Shown here: positions 38,792 to 51,302 of the stretch, one piece after another
How positions within the stretch are numbered: position 1 is the first letter of the stretch
Layout: every line of letters begins with the position of its first letter
From: Nemertoderma westbladi
Lineage: Eukaryota > Animalia > Xenacoelomorpha
Reading direction: 5' to 3'
Length of the DNA: 64,000 nucleotides
NCBI GenBank assembly: GCA_032718475.1
Contig: JAUCBJ010000941.1
Span: 26,043 to 90,042 of the forward strand
Notes under the pieces: generated by a model
Told to the model about the DNA's origin: nothing
The model's input: only the letters and a program-made list of their open reading frames with translations
Database searches by the model: none
Program-made: the position numbers and the translations under genes

Positions 38792-41700
38792 ATGAATATG
38801 TATTTACGACACGAGGAGCCTCTACCTGCAGTCCGAGACCAGTTCGACGGAATGCATCTGTATCGGAGGACTCGAGGCGAGGATCAGGAGACGCCGAAGG
38901 TCTTCAGCGTATACAAGCTCTTCTACAAGTGTGGTGAATGCATGAATAAACAGGACGTGGCGATTCCCGACCGACTAGACGAGCAACATCCGGAACCGAT
39001 ATTAACGCGATGTCCAGCTCACCAATTCCTTAGATACAACGAGGGAGGTTATCCGATGAGCAACCCGATGATCAGTATCGACTTCAGCGGAAAGCGACCT
39101 CCGAGACCCATTACGCCGACCGTTACGACATTAGATCCGTATACGGAGATTAAACCCTGTTCGACACCCAGTTTGATAGAGACGGCAGCGGCCATTTCGC
39201 TATACCGAGCCTACAAGGATCTAGAGGCGCGGCGCGAAGCGGCGCGGGACTCGGGTACCAAACCCGCGGGTTTGGAGCTCTCGAGTCCCTGGACTACGTT
39301 TACTTCACCTCACCGAGTGAGAAGCCTCACGCCTGAGCATCAGGACGACATAGACGCGTTGCGGCAGGAGGAGCGAGCGGCGAAGGCGAAGGAGTTATTT
39401 GAGAACAGGATAGCGGAGTATAATAAGACCGCGGATAGACATCAAGAGGAGACGAGGAGAGTGACCGGATTTGTTCCACAGGTCGTATCTCAACCCGGAC
39501 CGGTGTATTATTCCGACGGCACCGAACCTGCGATATTAGTAGATCATCCGGAGTCGCGAGAAGCGATACGATTCTTGCCGATGGTAAGAATGGCGGACCA
39601 TTGGAACGTTGACTGTTTACGGGAAGTTTTATGCGCGAAGTTCTTGCGTGATGTCCCAATGCAGATCACAGATTACGACACGTTGGATAAGATTGGAGCT
39701 CCGGGGAAGGAGAGTAAGTTATTCGGATGGTTGGATAAGTACATCAAGGTATGGGTCGCGGTGGCTACATTCCCAGACGACGAGGAGGTAGACCAGACGT
39801 GGCTGAGGAGGAAGGGTTCTTATACCCGATATGATGACCACAAGGCGATCGAGCGCATGTGGACCCCATCAGATGAGATTCAGCGTCAGTGGAGGAAAAC
39901 GGAGGAATCACTGCAAGATTGGAGGGTGATGTTCTACGACAATGAAGGAGGGTCCCATCAAGAATGCTTGACCAGCAAGTGTATTCAGATTCGTGCGGCC
40001 GATGGTGTGACTCATGTGTTTATGCGTGTGAGGGCGGATCGAGAGAGACCGGAGCCCATCATAACGACACAATATCGGAAGGGAAAGGATCCTAGGGAAC
40101 AGATTTTGGAGGTATGCAGGCGAGGAGGTATGCACGGAGCGGAGCGTATCGACGCCAGGATGTTACCCAAGAAAGTTAGAGAGGCTATTCTCAACCAAGA
40201 TTACGTCAAGGTGGGATCGGGAGTCCAGAGCGATTTGGAGAGCGACTTCAACGCCATGACTGATCTGGAAGATAGATTGCCTAGACCGTTTGTCGACACC
40301 AAGCTATTGTTGCTATGGGCACAGGATATTGGAATTTATAGGGAGTATCCCAACTCTGCCAAGACTGGTATGGGCTTTATAGCACACTTGTTGTATAATT
40401 GGGACTTTAAGTTAAAGACGCAAAAGAAGTACGAGGAGGCGTACGGCGAATACAACACGCCACCGGGAGCGGAGTTCAAATCCCACTTCAAGCGGCAAGC
40501 GTTAGTGTATTGGAACATTTGCGCGCCACCCCGTGCGTCGCTACAATATTATTTGGTGCTTGAGTCGAACACGGTGACTTGTTTATTAGCGGATATCGTT
40601 GCGCGAGTTTTGAAGCGTCATCCATTGGTATTCGGAGGAGATCAATACGTTCGCTCGAAAGGGGGAATCCAATCCGACGTGATGAAGCGTTTCTTAACCC
40701 CGTTCTTCAACCAATCGTTAGAGAATACGTCGATGGTGAGGAGAGGATTAGCGATATTCGAAGGAATATATCGACAGAATATCGGAGATTTGGGAGACCG
40801 ACCGTCGATGGAATATCCGACGCCAGAAGCTTTGGAGAAGTGGTTCGGGAATCAAACCCGCGGGTTTGGTACTCCCTTCCACTCGGAGGCTGATAAACCT
40901 GTTAAGGAGGGCTGGCCGGAGACTTTAGTAGAGGTGTTCGGAGTAGATCTTCCGGTGGAGAAGACATATCCGAAACGAACGCGGGAGGAAATATTGGAGA
41001 TAGAGGATAAGGGCGAGGATGTTTACTTTGTTCCGGATCGACAACCGTTGACTGGAGAGGACGACATCGTATTAGACATTGGGAAAGAAGGAAGTGCGAA
41101 ACCGATTGGAGACCTCATATACGAGAGGGCCTGGTTTCCACAAGCGCGTAGGTGCAAATTGTGCGGCAGCACAAGGCACAATCTAAAGTCGTGCGACGCG
41201 GTAATAGAGGCGGCGCATAAGGTCTGCCGTTGGTGTAATGAGACCGACCATTCGTTTCATACGTGCACCGTCTTCATTTCTCAATGCGGATATTGCGGGG
41301 TAAAGGGACATCGTAGCGCAAGATGTCAGCTACGAGATGATTCCTTTCAAAACCATAGCGCTAACCTACTTCGGGAGATGTTAGATAAGTGGGAGGGTGT
41401 GGCCGATTACCATATCCAAGCGCAGATGCGTTGGTTACCATTTAAAGCGGGATATGGGTTTTGGGCGGTAGACCCATCGCATGTTGCGTACGAGCCATAT
41501 TTACAATCGCTACCACAATATCAGGAGCTCATCCTAACTGCTCAAGACCTTCCACAGAACACTGGAGTTATCGTAGTTCGAGAGTACTTCAGACAATTGA
41601 ACATGGACAATAAGTACACATGGAACTTCGTTGCCATTTGCGATCGCATTACGAAGGGTGTATTTACGGAGACTAGAAAGGTGGTACGCGGGCGAGGAGA

Positions 41701-42193
41701 TTGGAGGATGGCGGCTATACAGTACCGCAACGAATTCTTGTTGACTCATGTGCCAGTGGGTTCATTGACCGCTGAGAGGATACAAGAGCAAAGGATCGCA
41801 GCGACCACAGCGACGACCGCTGGAGCGCGAGGCTCGCGGAAAGAACCAGGAGGAGAGGTCCAAGACAAGCGTCAAGTCAAGGACGACCACTACCATTCGA
41901 TTATAGAAGCGCAGCGGTTGCAGCGCAAGGCGCAGGGGGCGTCTGAGAAAGCGCGTGTGCAACTGCAGAAGGAAGAGTTGGCGGAAGCGACCACGGGAGC
42001 GCGACAATTGGGACGAGGCCGAGGGAGAAGTGCGAGCCGGGAGTCTGTCGGGGCTCAGGGAACGTCGTCACCGGTTCCGGGGAGTGACGCCTCACGGACG
42101 CCGTCAACGGAGTCGACTGGAGGTAGATTAGTGTATCTGGGAAGGGGGCGAAAGAGAGGAGCGAGCCCAAAGAACCCAGGAGCGGGTCGATAA
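38792..42193 (+). CDS. Intronless protein with a DnaQ-like (WRN/Mut-7/EXD-type) 3'-5' exonuclease domain, 3 CCHC zinc knuckles and an RG-rich tail; probably TE-encoded
   Basis: Frame is open from GTG 38678; first ATG 38792 gives 1133 aa. ExoI FYDNEG (D at 39938), CIQIR, ExoII LPKKVREAILNQDYVKVGSGVQSD, FVDT, ExoIII-like YYLVLE. Three C-x2-C-x4-H-x4-C at 41153-41326. GC/CpG content is visibly higher than the flanks. Confidence 0.85.
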   Translation: MNMYLRHEEPLPAVRDQFDGMHLYRRTRGEDQETPKVFSVYKLFYKCGECMNKQDVAIPDRLDEQHPEPILTRCPAHQFLRYNEGGYPMSNPMISIDFSGKRPPRPITPTVTTLDPYTEIKPCSTPSLIETAAAISLYRAYKDLEARREAARDSGTKPAGLELSSPWTTFTSPHRVRSLTPEHQDDIDALRQEERAAKAKELFENRIAEYNKTADRHQEETRRVTGFVPQVVSQPGPVYYSDGTEPAILVDHPESREAIRFLPMVRMADHWNVDCLREVLCAKFLRDVPMQITDYDTLDKIGAPGKESKLFGWLDKYIKVWVAVATFPDDEEVDQTWLRRKGSYTRYDDHKAIERMWTPSDEIQRQWRKTEESLQDWRVMFYDNEGGSHQECLTSKCIQIRAADGVTHVFMRVRADRERPEPIITTQYRKGKDPREQILEVCRRGGMHGAERIDARMLPKKVREAILNQDYVKVGSGVQSDLESDFNAMTDLEDRLPRPFVDTKLLLLWAQDIGIYREYPNSAKTGMGFIAHLLYNWDFKLKTQKKYEEAYGEYNTPPGAEFKSHFKRQALVYWNICAPPRASLQYYLVLESNTVTCLLADIVARVLKRHPLVFGGDQYVRSKGGIQSDVMKRFLTPFFNQSLENTSMVRRGLAIFEGIYRQNIGDLGDRPSMEYPTPEALEKWFGNQTRGFGTPFHSEADKPVKEGWPETLVEVFGVDLPVEKTYPKRTREEILEIEDKGEDVYFVPDRQPLTGEDDIVLDIGKEGSAKPIGDLIYERAWFPQARRCKLCGSTRHNLKSCDAVIEAAHKVCRWCNETDHSFHTCTVFISQCGYCGVKGHRSARCQLRDDSFQNHSANLLREMLDKWEGVADYHIQAQMRWLPFKAGYGFWAVDPSHVAYEPYLQSLPQYQELILTAQDLPQNTGVIVVREYFRQLNMDNKYTWNFVAICDRITKGVFTETRKVVRGRGDWRMAAIQYRNEFLLTHVPVGSLTAERIQEQRIAATTATTAGARGSRKEPGGEVQDKRQVKDDHYHSIIEAQRLQRKAQGASEKARVQLQKEELAEATTGARQLGRGRGRSASRESVGAQGTSSPVPGSDASRTPSTESTGGRLVYLGRGRKRGASPKNPGAGR

Positions 42194-43369
42194 TACATTA
42201 TGGCACAGGGCGACAGACTCTAGATATATACATCATCGTCGCTCTGATGTATATTGTAGCATTTTAGAAATATCCGACTAGACTCATATACACTAGTTGC
42301 ATAATTATTTGAATTTATATTATGAGAGAGGCGAAGGAAGTGATTGGGGAGACAAACCTGCGGGTTTGGCTTACTCCTTTCACTTGTCCTAGCAATCATC
42401 AAACCAAGATGATTTGCGTTTTTTATAAGAAATTAAGTAAAGTCCGAAAATGAAAGAAATTATTACGTATTTTATATTTAATTTGATTATCGGCCTTTAA
42501 TGCAATTTAGTTAAAAATTTAGCCTCAAATACGTTTATATTTAGTTTATCTTGTTAATATTGCTTGTTAATTTGAGATGGGAAATGGGGGACATTGTCCT
42601 AGCCATGTTTCATTTCAATATGTAGATCGTCAATTTGTAAGTAAATAAAGGAAGTAATATTTTGTAATTTAATTTTGTATGTAGTAATCATTATGTAGAA
42701 CGAACGAGAAACAGTATTTTGTAATTTTAATTTGTATGTAAATTCATTATACAATATCTATGGCAATATTTGTAAATAGTAGAATTATTATGTTATTTAG
42801 ATTGGTTGGAAGAAATTTATTTTGTTTTGTATACATCACCTTATACTCTTCTACAATTGGAGGGAAACATTGTATGATTTCCCTTGGAGCGGTGTTACGG
42901 TATATGGCGCTGTATCCATATTATTAGTCATCATGCAGTATGCAATATTAGTCCGTTATGCAGTATGCAATATTAGTCCGTTATACTGTATGTAATATTA
43001 GTCCGTTGTGCAGCATGATATTTTAGATAAGGCATAATAACGCAGTGGTATTTAGATAGGGAAATCGAAACACCCATATATTTGAATCCATCCATTTTGT
43101 ATAGTATGTAGCCCTACCTACGTAATTTTGTATTAGGTTATATGTAGATAGTTCCAGGGTAAGTTTATTCGGACCCTGGATTCCGTGCTTGCTGATATTA
43201 GTTTTAGTAGGGCTAGCATATAGGGACGCTGTCCTGGCCATTCAGCAGCCAGAGACGTGAACCATTACCATATATGGTAATAATTCGAGGAAGGGGAGCA
43301 AATAGGGCTACAATCCGGCCTCCTTATTGGACTAGCTGCTTCCAGGTTGGTCTAGTGCTAGCACGGACT

Positions 43370-43465
43370 GGAGAGCCAATAAGAAAGCGATTGAGTCACC
43401 CTATTGCATCACCCCATCCGGATCACCTATAAATTGGCGGTGTGCCGGTAGAGCCTCACTCTCAT
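43370..43465 (+). promoter_or_regulatory. Pol II promoter motif cluster: CCAAT, AP-1-like TGAGTCA, TATAAAT and Inr-like TCACTCT
   Basis: CCAAT about 43376, TGAGTCA 43392-43398, TATAAAT at 43428, TCACTCT at 43456 (about 30 bp after TATA). Confidence 0.5.
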
Positions 43466-44859
43466 CACATGACACCTAGCCCTAGCACCTGTCTTACTGT
43501 TTTCTTGATACTTGTATTTTCTGCAATTTGCTAATTTGATTAATTTCTTGAAATGATTTGCTAGTGCGATTACTTGCTTGTGTTTCTCAATAATTCCTTT
43601 GATTGCTGCTAATTACAACTGAACTATGATTTCTACCTTTTGATTAATGGTTCTATGTGATTCTTTTCTGCGCAATAATCCTAAGGGATTCCTGAGACTG
43701 TCAGACTTTGTGATTTGCATGCGCCGCTACGGTAGCTATTAGCATAATGGAGGGCTAAGGCGCCAGTGGGCGGTGGGCACATCGGGGGGTTGAGCGACTA
43801 AGGGAGAGCAGAGGATTCAAAGGCAGGCAACGCTGGCGGGGGTCAACGTTGCGGTCGGGCAACTTGCGTGCAACGGGCAGACCTATCGCCGGTACAGTAA
43901 TTAAGGGGCTGATGATCCAGGTTTCGTCTCTATTTAGTATTAGGGGGCAGGAATCAGGTTAGTTAGGAGTCCCATATGTACCCGGGAGAGGCCTGCACGT
44001 GTTACAGCGTATTAGAGCGTACAACGTTAAATGTAGAGTACGAATAGTGAGTCGCATAATTGTGGACTATACAGTAGTTAACTGCATAATTGCGAACTGT
44101 AATTTCTGACGCTGATTGGGGTGTTATTGAAGTGTGCCTATGATTATGAATGTTTAGGTAGGCGCCCCCCTTTCTTTGATTGATTTCTATTTCTTAGTTA
44201 CAATAATTGGTTACTGATTAGGTCAAAGTAATACGGCAAATTTAGGCTATTACTAGCGAAACTTGTTGCGTAATAAATTAGAATTACGTATTCTGGAACT
44301 CTTAGTAATTAGTACGCTGTTAAATATTTGTGACTGTAATTAATTAGTAAAAATTAAGAATTAGTACGCAGCATAGCGGAGAGTAGCTAAAGTAATAATT
44401 AGAGTACTGTAAACTATTCACGCTGAGCGGTTATTTGCATTAGCGGGCAATCAGCTAGATTGTACTATTCGGTACGCACGATACGCTAGTAATTTGCTGG
44501 TCTAAAGCCAGCTGCAGGCGATTTTAGACCCGGAGTGATGTTATTTACGTAGGAACAGATACTGTACCGTTTTGATATTTAAATATTCTCGCATTCACAC
44601 ATTACGTTAGGGAACCTCCAGTATTCGCGATTAGAAAGACGTAGGTAATAGCGTGCTTTAATAGTGATAAAATTAGGCGTAAGAATACTCTGAGTGCAAG
44701 GCCTCTCGCACTCGTCTTAAGTAAGCTTAGGGAGCCGACTCGGGTTTATTGTTTTGGTTATTCCCGCGTGGCTCATAGATTCGAACAGTTAGCTCTCTAT
44801 CGAGCGATCGGTAGAGAAAGGAACAAGCGATTTTGCAGGAGTTGTGTAAATTTAGTAAA

Positions 44860-45698
44860 TGTGGCTGGCCACGAGAAAAGGGACCTTATGTCGCAAAACC
44901 TGATACTGAGATAATCGCGTTTAAAGTTTCCCTCTATTTTTGGACAAATTTAATTGGATTATCAATTTAGAAATGTATAAAACGATGAGGGAAATTCAAA
45001 TTGGTTCTGATATTCAATATACCTAGGAAATAACTAATTACAGGAAGCAATATAAGATGTTGCAGTGTTGTATATAACACTGTCTTAGGGTTTTCATGTC
45101 TTAATTTAGGACTGTAATAAATTGTAATTGTACTACTGTAATATGTAGCTGTACTGTAGGCCTACAGTTATTTTTTAAATGCAATATGGCTGTCATTTTC
45201 TTAATTTATCTTCGTTAGTTCTTAAATTTTGTAATCCCAATAAAGAATTCAAAATACAAATAATTTTAAATTTTGTTAAAAAAATTTATCTTTTTGAAAA
45301 AATTTTAAATTAAAAAAAAAATTTTTTGGTTACATGTTTTTTTGGAAATTTTGCAAAATTTTGTTAAAATAGTTCATAAACAATATTAGTTTCAAAGTGT
45401 TAAAAGTTCTATAAAATGCTGAATAACATTGAGCTGCCTAACTATATAGTAAGAATTGGTATGATATAATTAATATTTTCCATTTTTTTAAATAATCGCT
45501 TATTATAACCGCTATTAATAAATTTTTTTTTGCTACCCGATTCACCTTCACATAAATCGCTATAACTTTTTTTTGGAAATAGATATTGAGACACCGTTTT
45601 TTTTGTTAAAATCTCTGGAAAATTCTGCATCTCATATACCTAATAACTCAAAATCGACCTCCGGTGACATAAGGTCCCTTTTCTCGTGGCCAGCCACA
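44860..45698. mobile_element. MITE with perfect 33-bp TIRs
   Basis: TGTGGCTGGCCACGAGAAAAGGGACCTTATGTC at 44860 and its exact reverse complement ending at 45698; AT-rich non-coding interior. Confidence 0.9.
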
Positions 45699-45949
45699 AA
45701 TATATTAGCGTACGGCAGATTAGCGCCATCTAACGATAAGTAGCGGTTTTGTATTTAGCAACCCTTACAATTTAGTAATATCACGCTCCTGATCCCCTTT
45801 ACTTAACAGTAGAGCAGTCTTTGTGTCTTATTCTGTTATTGGTTAGGCGAGAGCTCATTACAGTCATTAGGTTGGCAGAGAGGTATACGGGTATTTGTCT
45901 GTTCAACAGTTCTGCTGTTAGTATAGAGGTCGCGGTTGTTTATCACTTT

Positions 45950-46145
45950 TTCTGGAAGGAACCATCCGAAAAATTCCATGCCATTAATTCAAAACATAAG
46001 AATATAAAATTCACAGCAGAACCAGAATCAGAAGTTTTATACCATTTTTAGATGTACTTATATGAAAAACTGAAGCAAATACTTTCGAAACATCTGTATA
46101 CACTAAATCAACATACACAGGCCAATATACCAACTTCAATAATTC
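45950..46145 (+). mobile_element. Penelope-like RT C-terminal fragment
   Basis: INSKHKNIKFTAEPE...FLDVLI...FETSVYTKSTYTGQYTNFN, with a stop; typical of the Penelope RT thumb region. Confidence 0.7.
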
Positions 46146-46243
46146 ATAAAATTTTAAAGTTTTATAGCACTGGTATTAATTTTCATAATAATTTTTCGAT
46201 TCCCCGCATCTATCTTCTTATCACAAATCCACCTTTCTTATCA

Positions 46244-47578
46244 CTATTCCTTACACCAATTAAACAGACATATGATCAAAGCAAAAATACAAAGTAATGC
46301 AAAGAAGCTGGTAGTCCAAGCAAAACCCCAGTAGTGGGATAATGCTCCTCCAATAAATGAGCCCAAACATTCCCCTATTGAATATGTGCTCATGAAGAAT
46401 CCTGCTAGGAGTGATGATGTGGCAAAGTCATCTGGCATTCCATGGTTTACTGCAGCCTTATTTAGAGCCGGTAGAATTGGTACCAAAGTGGAAATGCTTC
46501 CCAGACCAAGGAGTGCTAAGCAAATAACAGTGATAGAGTAAATAGCAGGTAAATTGAAGAATGGCAATGGTCCTAAAAAAAGAAGGGAAAACACCAATAT
46601 TCCCTGACCAAATACCAAAAAGAGGGATTCCGAATTTGACTTTGTGCAGAAACGTCCAACTATAGGAGAGAATAAAGTGTATACTGCCGATAACCCCATC
46701 AGAGGAAGGCCTATCTCCTGTGGAGTGAGATTGTATGTGGCCTGTAAATGTGGTGTTGCGATCGCCAATATTCCACTGACTACTAGCGCGCTTACACAAC
46801 AACACAATCCGATCGCATGGATTGAAGGAATTCGAAGCAAAGCAAACAGATTGGCAGATTCATGGGAATGAACAACCAGATTGTTTGGGACCAGCCAGTA
46901 ATACAGTGGTACAGATAGTATCGTCAATGAGCCCATGGATACTAGAGGCAGACTGAACCCGCCAACATTGTACAACCAACCAGAAATGGGCGGTGCTAGC
47001 ATAGACCCCACACCAGTAGCAAATTCAGTTATACCAATTGCCAAAGCGCTGTGATCTTTAAATGTTTCCCCTCCCATAATTGCAAAACTTGAAATTAATG
47101 CTGTGCATAATCCCAAACCAACCAAAGCCCGCAAAAGAATAGCTAATGACAAAAAGGTATCATGCCATACAATATAGTCCAGACAAGCCATAACCAGAGT
47201 GGCAAGACCCACTGCAGTTACACCGGACAGGTAGCCAATTCGAGGACCGATTTTAATTAAATTCCTTGAAAATATCGGTGACACTATTATTGCCACTAGT
47301 GAATGTATTGCAAATACAATACCAACTTCTAATAAATTTATATTCCGTTTAATCAGTTCTTCACTACTTGCAAAGAAGGTTGTTATTGAGTGAAGACACA
47401 TGAAAATGAGAAGATTACTGCTGAAAAAAGAAAATATCAATACAATTTGTTCTAAATTAAATCCATTTCGATTGTTTGATCGTTGTTTACTCAATAGATT
47501 GTCTTTATCGGTACCATCAGTGTCTGTACTGCCATCAATGATGCCAAATACATTTTGTAGGCGTTTGTTGTTCAACAT
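46244..47578 (-). CDS. SLC18B1: MFS transporter, SLC18B1-like (vesicular amine/polyamine transporter family), copy A, intronless
   Basis: 444 aa with about 12 hydrophobic segments. Motifs EFATGVGSMLAPPISGWLYNVGGFSLP, GMPDDFATSSLLAGFF and SIGECLGSFIGGAL..YWGFAW resemble SLC18B1. The family is assigned by recall, not by search. Confidence 0.8.
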   Translation of the reverse strand: MLNNKRLQNVFGIIDGSTDTDGTDKDNLLSKQRSNNRNGFNLEQIVLIFSFFSSNLLIFMCLHSITTFFASSEELIKRNINLLEVGIVFAIHSLVAIIVSPIFSRNLIKIGPRIGYLSGVTAVGLATLVMACLDYIVWHDTFLSLAILLRALVGLGLCTALISSFAIMGGETFKDHSALAIGITEFATGVGSMLAPPISGWLYNVGGFSLPLVSMGSLTILSVPLYYWLVPNNLVVHSHESANLFALLRIPSIHAIGLCCCVSALVVSGILAIATPHLQATYNLTPQEIGLPLMGLSAVYTLFSPIVGRFCTKSNSESLFLVFGQGILVFSLLFLGPLPFFNLPAIYSITVICLALLGLGSISTLVPILPALNKAAVNHGMPDDFATSSLLAGFFMSTYSIGECLGSFIGGALSHYWGFAWTTSFFALLCIFALIICLFNWCKE

Positions 47579-49273
47579 TGCGAATTATTAAGAATGTAGA
47601 ATCATTAAGAATATTGCAAAACTTTACATTATTGTAATAATAGAACAGTTAGAAAACATCAAATTCTGCATCACCGTAAATTTTTGATACATAGAAATAT
47701 TTTTTATGATTTATATACCATGAAGATCCCTATGAAATCATCTACTCTGGGAAACATTCTGCATTTCATCTAATAATGGACATTCAAATATTTACAATGT
47801 TAAGTCAAAAACGTTTTCAAATATCGAACCTTGGAAAATTGACTGCTGAATATTTATTATACATCTATTCACTCTATTACTTTTTATTACATATTATATC
47901 TATTCTATATAAATTATGTTACTTAACTTATTATACTACAAATCATAGACATCTTATGCCACGAAATGAAAATGGTCATTTTCATTTCGGACACATGACA
48001 CAAATTTCAGCTGGAGATAATTATGTAACTCAAGTATTGTAATTGAAAATGATTAATTTGAACTCGAATACATAGGACCCCTTTAATTAATATGTGTTGG
48101 TGGATGGTGTTTGCCCAAATTTAAGAAACATACAGAAAATAAAAATTGAATCATTGCAACAGGTAAGCATAGACGTACAGAAGTCATCTTCATAGGGGGG
48201 CTGTAACAATATCTCATATTTTAGCCCCCCCCCAACCCATTTTCACCACAAAAAAAAAACATTCCCACATCCAATAAAATTAACTTCCCCAAACCAAACA
48301 ATATTCAACATCTATCCCAAAAAATTCCCTGTTCCTCAAACTAAAATCGGGGGATGTAACAATTCGTAGAAACACAAATTAATACTGCAGTAAATAGACT
48401 GGATTAATAATAACAACACTTCTATAAACGAGGCGATATGACGTAGAGGTGAATGTACATTGAGAATAAACTATAATTGTTTAACAATTAAAAAAACTGT
48501 ATAAAAAAACTGTGATTATTTTTGTGATTATAAAAAGTGATTATTTAACATTTTTAGTAAATGGTGTACCTGTAACATTCTAAGTAAATATTTGTCGGAC
48601 AAATAATTGTGTTTGCATTGTACAATATTAAAAATTTATATTCTTATTATGTACTGTATAAATGCAATACTGTATGTACTGTATTTCTTAAAATTTGTGT
48701 AAACACCATTATTTATGCTGCTGCCAGATTTATGGGTTTTATGTTTTCATGACAGCAATCCCGTGTCATATATATAAAATATATACATCGGATTAAGGGT
48801 TCCATTTGATCTCTATCTTATAAATTATAAATTATTAAATATAATTTATTATACTTATTGCAAGTGACTGTTTCAGACTAGAACTATAACTAGAACAAGA
48901 ACTATTTGATGCCGTTGTAAATCCATAATTCATATCTTTCTTTCATATCTGAAATAATAATAAAATTATGCAAAACAGTATCTTTGTATACGACCACATA
49001 TTATCATAGGATATGTATTCTAATTAGAATACACAAAACAACACACACTTGTTCTCAATATATTTTTGTTAACATAGGTGCCGGTAAATGATTGATATAG
49101 CTATGCTGTGTAAGATATACGATTCAGTGAATCAATTCAGTCTCTTGTTATTCAGATAATTTATCAATTAGTTGCACATTGATTCTCTGTGGGTGCATCA
49201 TTTGTGTTTTCAAGGCAGGTAGTTCAATCAAAGGTTTAGGGCCGGGACTGCAATCTATTGGTTGAAGGTTTAA

Positions 49274-50824
49274 CCCTATTAAACCCGGGGGGGGGTCAAT
49301 ATGACCCCTCCCGTGGTTTTTTTATTATAATTCTGAAACAAACGCAGTTGGGAATCTGAAATTTTATGACTTTTCCTAAAAATCTATTGTCTTCCTAGTA
49401 GTGAAAACCGTTTTCAAAAATATTGGGTACTTTTCGAGTTATAGCGCCATTTTTTAACCCTACTTTTGGCACTTTTTTTGAGACGTTTTTTGAAAATTAC
49501 ATTTCATTAAATATGAATTGTAACATCTCTATTTTTTATTTACACGGTTTTTTTGGTGTTAGAAATTTGATGGAATTCATATAAATTGATTTAGAAATTT
49601 CAAACTTGTTTTTTTCGGTGGGTGCCAAATTTTGGTGCCAGCACCAAATTTTGAAATAAGTCAATTTTGTAAATTGATCGTTTGAAACTTGTTTTTTACG
49701 CAATTGGGGTTTTTTGGGTTTCTGGATTCGAAGAAATATATACGAGTTGCACCAAGCGTATCAAACTTGTATTTTTCGGTGCTGTGTGCAAATTTTGGTG
49801 CTAGCACGAAATTTTGAAAATCCATTCAATAGATAAAATTGCTTGTGAGAATTTATTTCTTGCGTTTTAGAGGTTTATGGCTGTTCTGAATTCAATGGAA
49901 AATATAATTATCGAACTAGACATCTCAAACTTGTATTTTTCGGATGTGGGTGCTAAATGTGGTGCTAGCACCAAATTTTGAAAACCATCAAATATATCAA
50001 TTGATTGTGTCACCTTGTTTCTTGCGTTATACGGGTTTGTGATGGTTCTGAATTCAATAGAATCAGTAAAAATTTCATAAGAGTTGTCAAACTTGTATTT
50101 TTCGCCGGTGGGTGAAAATTGTTGTGCCAGCACCAAATTTTGGAAAATATGCAAATTGATAAGTAGATAGTATCACCTTGTTTCTTGCGTTATACGGGTT
50201 TATGAGGGTCCTGAATCCGATGGAATCAATAAAAACTGCACTGGACATCGCAAACTTTTACTTTTTGGTGATGGGTACGAAATTTGGTGCTAGCACCAAA
50301 ATTTCCCAAATTACACCGAAAAATACAAGTAGCAATGATCTAGCATATTAGAAATGTATTCCATTAGAATCAGCGCCCTCGAAAACCTGAAAATGTGAAT
50401 TTATAGCATCGTATAAGTGAATTAAAAATTTTGAGTTCTAACTGAAAAGTGCTGGTTACTTGTTTTTTTCATTTTTTCCTACGCAGAGAGGACTAAACAG
50501 CCATTTATAGTAATCATATCATTTTTTAATATTTTCCAATGTATTTTACACCCCAGAAAACCTGTATTGAAAAATAATTAGCCGAAAATGTAACTTTCAA
50601 ATTTGGTGAAAATTGTGCACTACTTGTAATTTTGGTGCTGCAATATAACCACCCCAGTACATTTTTTCGAAAATTTTTTTTTTCGGTCGGATCCAGACAA
50701 GTGATACCTACGTACAAACAAAAAATCAGACGTTTTCGTAAATATTTGTAGATTTTAGAGGGGGGGGTCAATATGACCCCCTCCCGGTATTTGTACAACA
50801 TTTTATAGCCCGGTACTAATAGGG
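49274..50824. mobile_element. piggyBac-like non-autonomous DNA transposon
   Basis: TTAA|CCCTATTAAACCCGGG ... CCCGGTACTAATAGGG|TTAA. Subterminal GGGGGGTCAATATGACCCC palindrome at both ends; internal ~120-bp subrepeats; no transposase ORF. Confidence 0.88.
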
Positions 50825-51302
50825 TTAAGACCCGTGTATTGCAGTCAAACGCACTGACAAATATGTTAATTTGGGGGCTGTAATTACCTTAGATGGCAAA
50901 CAAACAACACTATTGAATGAAATGTGCAGTATGAAACAAAAACAACTCCTTAAATATTCAGAATTTATATTAACAAATTCAAGTGAAATGAAAAGTAGTG
51001 GAGGCCGCATTATTCTCATCTATACTTTACAGCTCAGAAACATGGCTAACATATAATCTAAACACCATCAACACTATAAATATCAAGTAATCAAACAACT
51101 CTAAGTGTCTTCCAGAATAACCGAATAACCTGTGTCTGTTGGAAATTGGAATGGAACCCATAACCACTATCATATCTACTGTCATCCAACCATCAATGCT
51201 TCTAAAAAAATTAAACGTTATGTTATGTAATGAAACGCCTTTCATGCAAGTATTAAATATTTGCAAACAAAAATGCATTCGAAAACTGCGAAAATTTCGC
51301 AA

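Larger units (their letters stand above)
42893..45769 (+). mobile_element. Putative long terminal repeat (TG...CA) downstream of the exonuclease ORF, interrupted by a MITE
   Basis: Starts TGTTACGGT after a short purine run and ends ACCCTTACA (7/9 inverted match). Contains a Pol II core promoter and a 25-bp tandem repeat. No second copy in the window confirms it. Confidence 0.45.

Noticed and set aside
46244-47578. Vesicular acetylcholine transporter (SLC18A3) or a cholinergic locus
   Set aside because: Tempting because it is intronless and near an nAChR, but the motifs match SLC18B1 rather than VAChT, and no choline acetyltransferase exons were seen.
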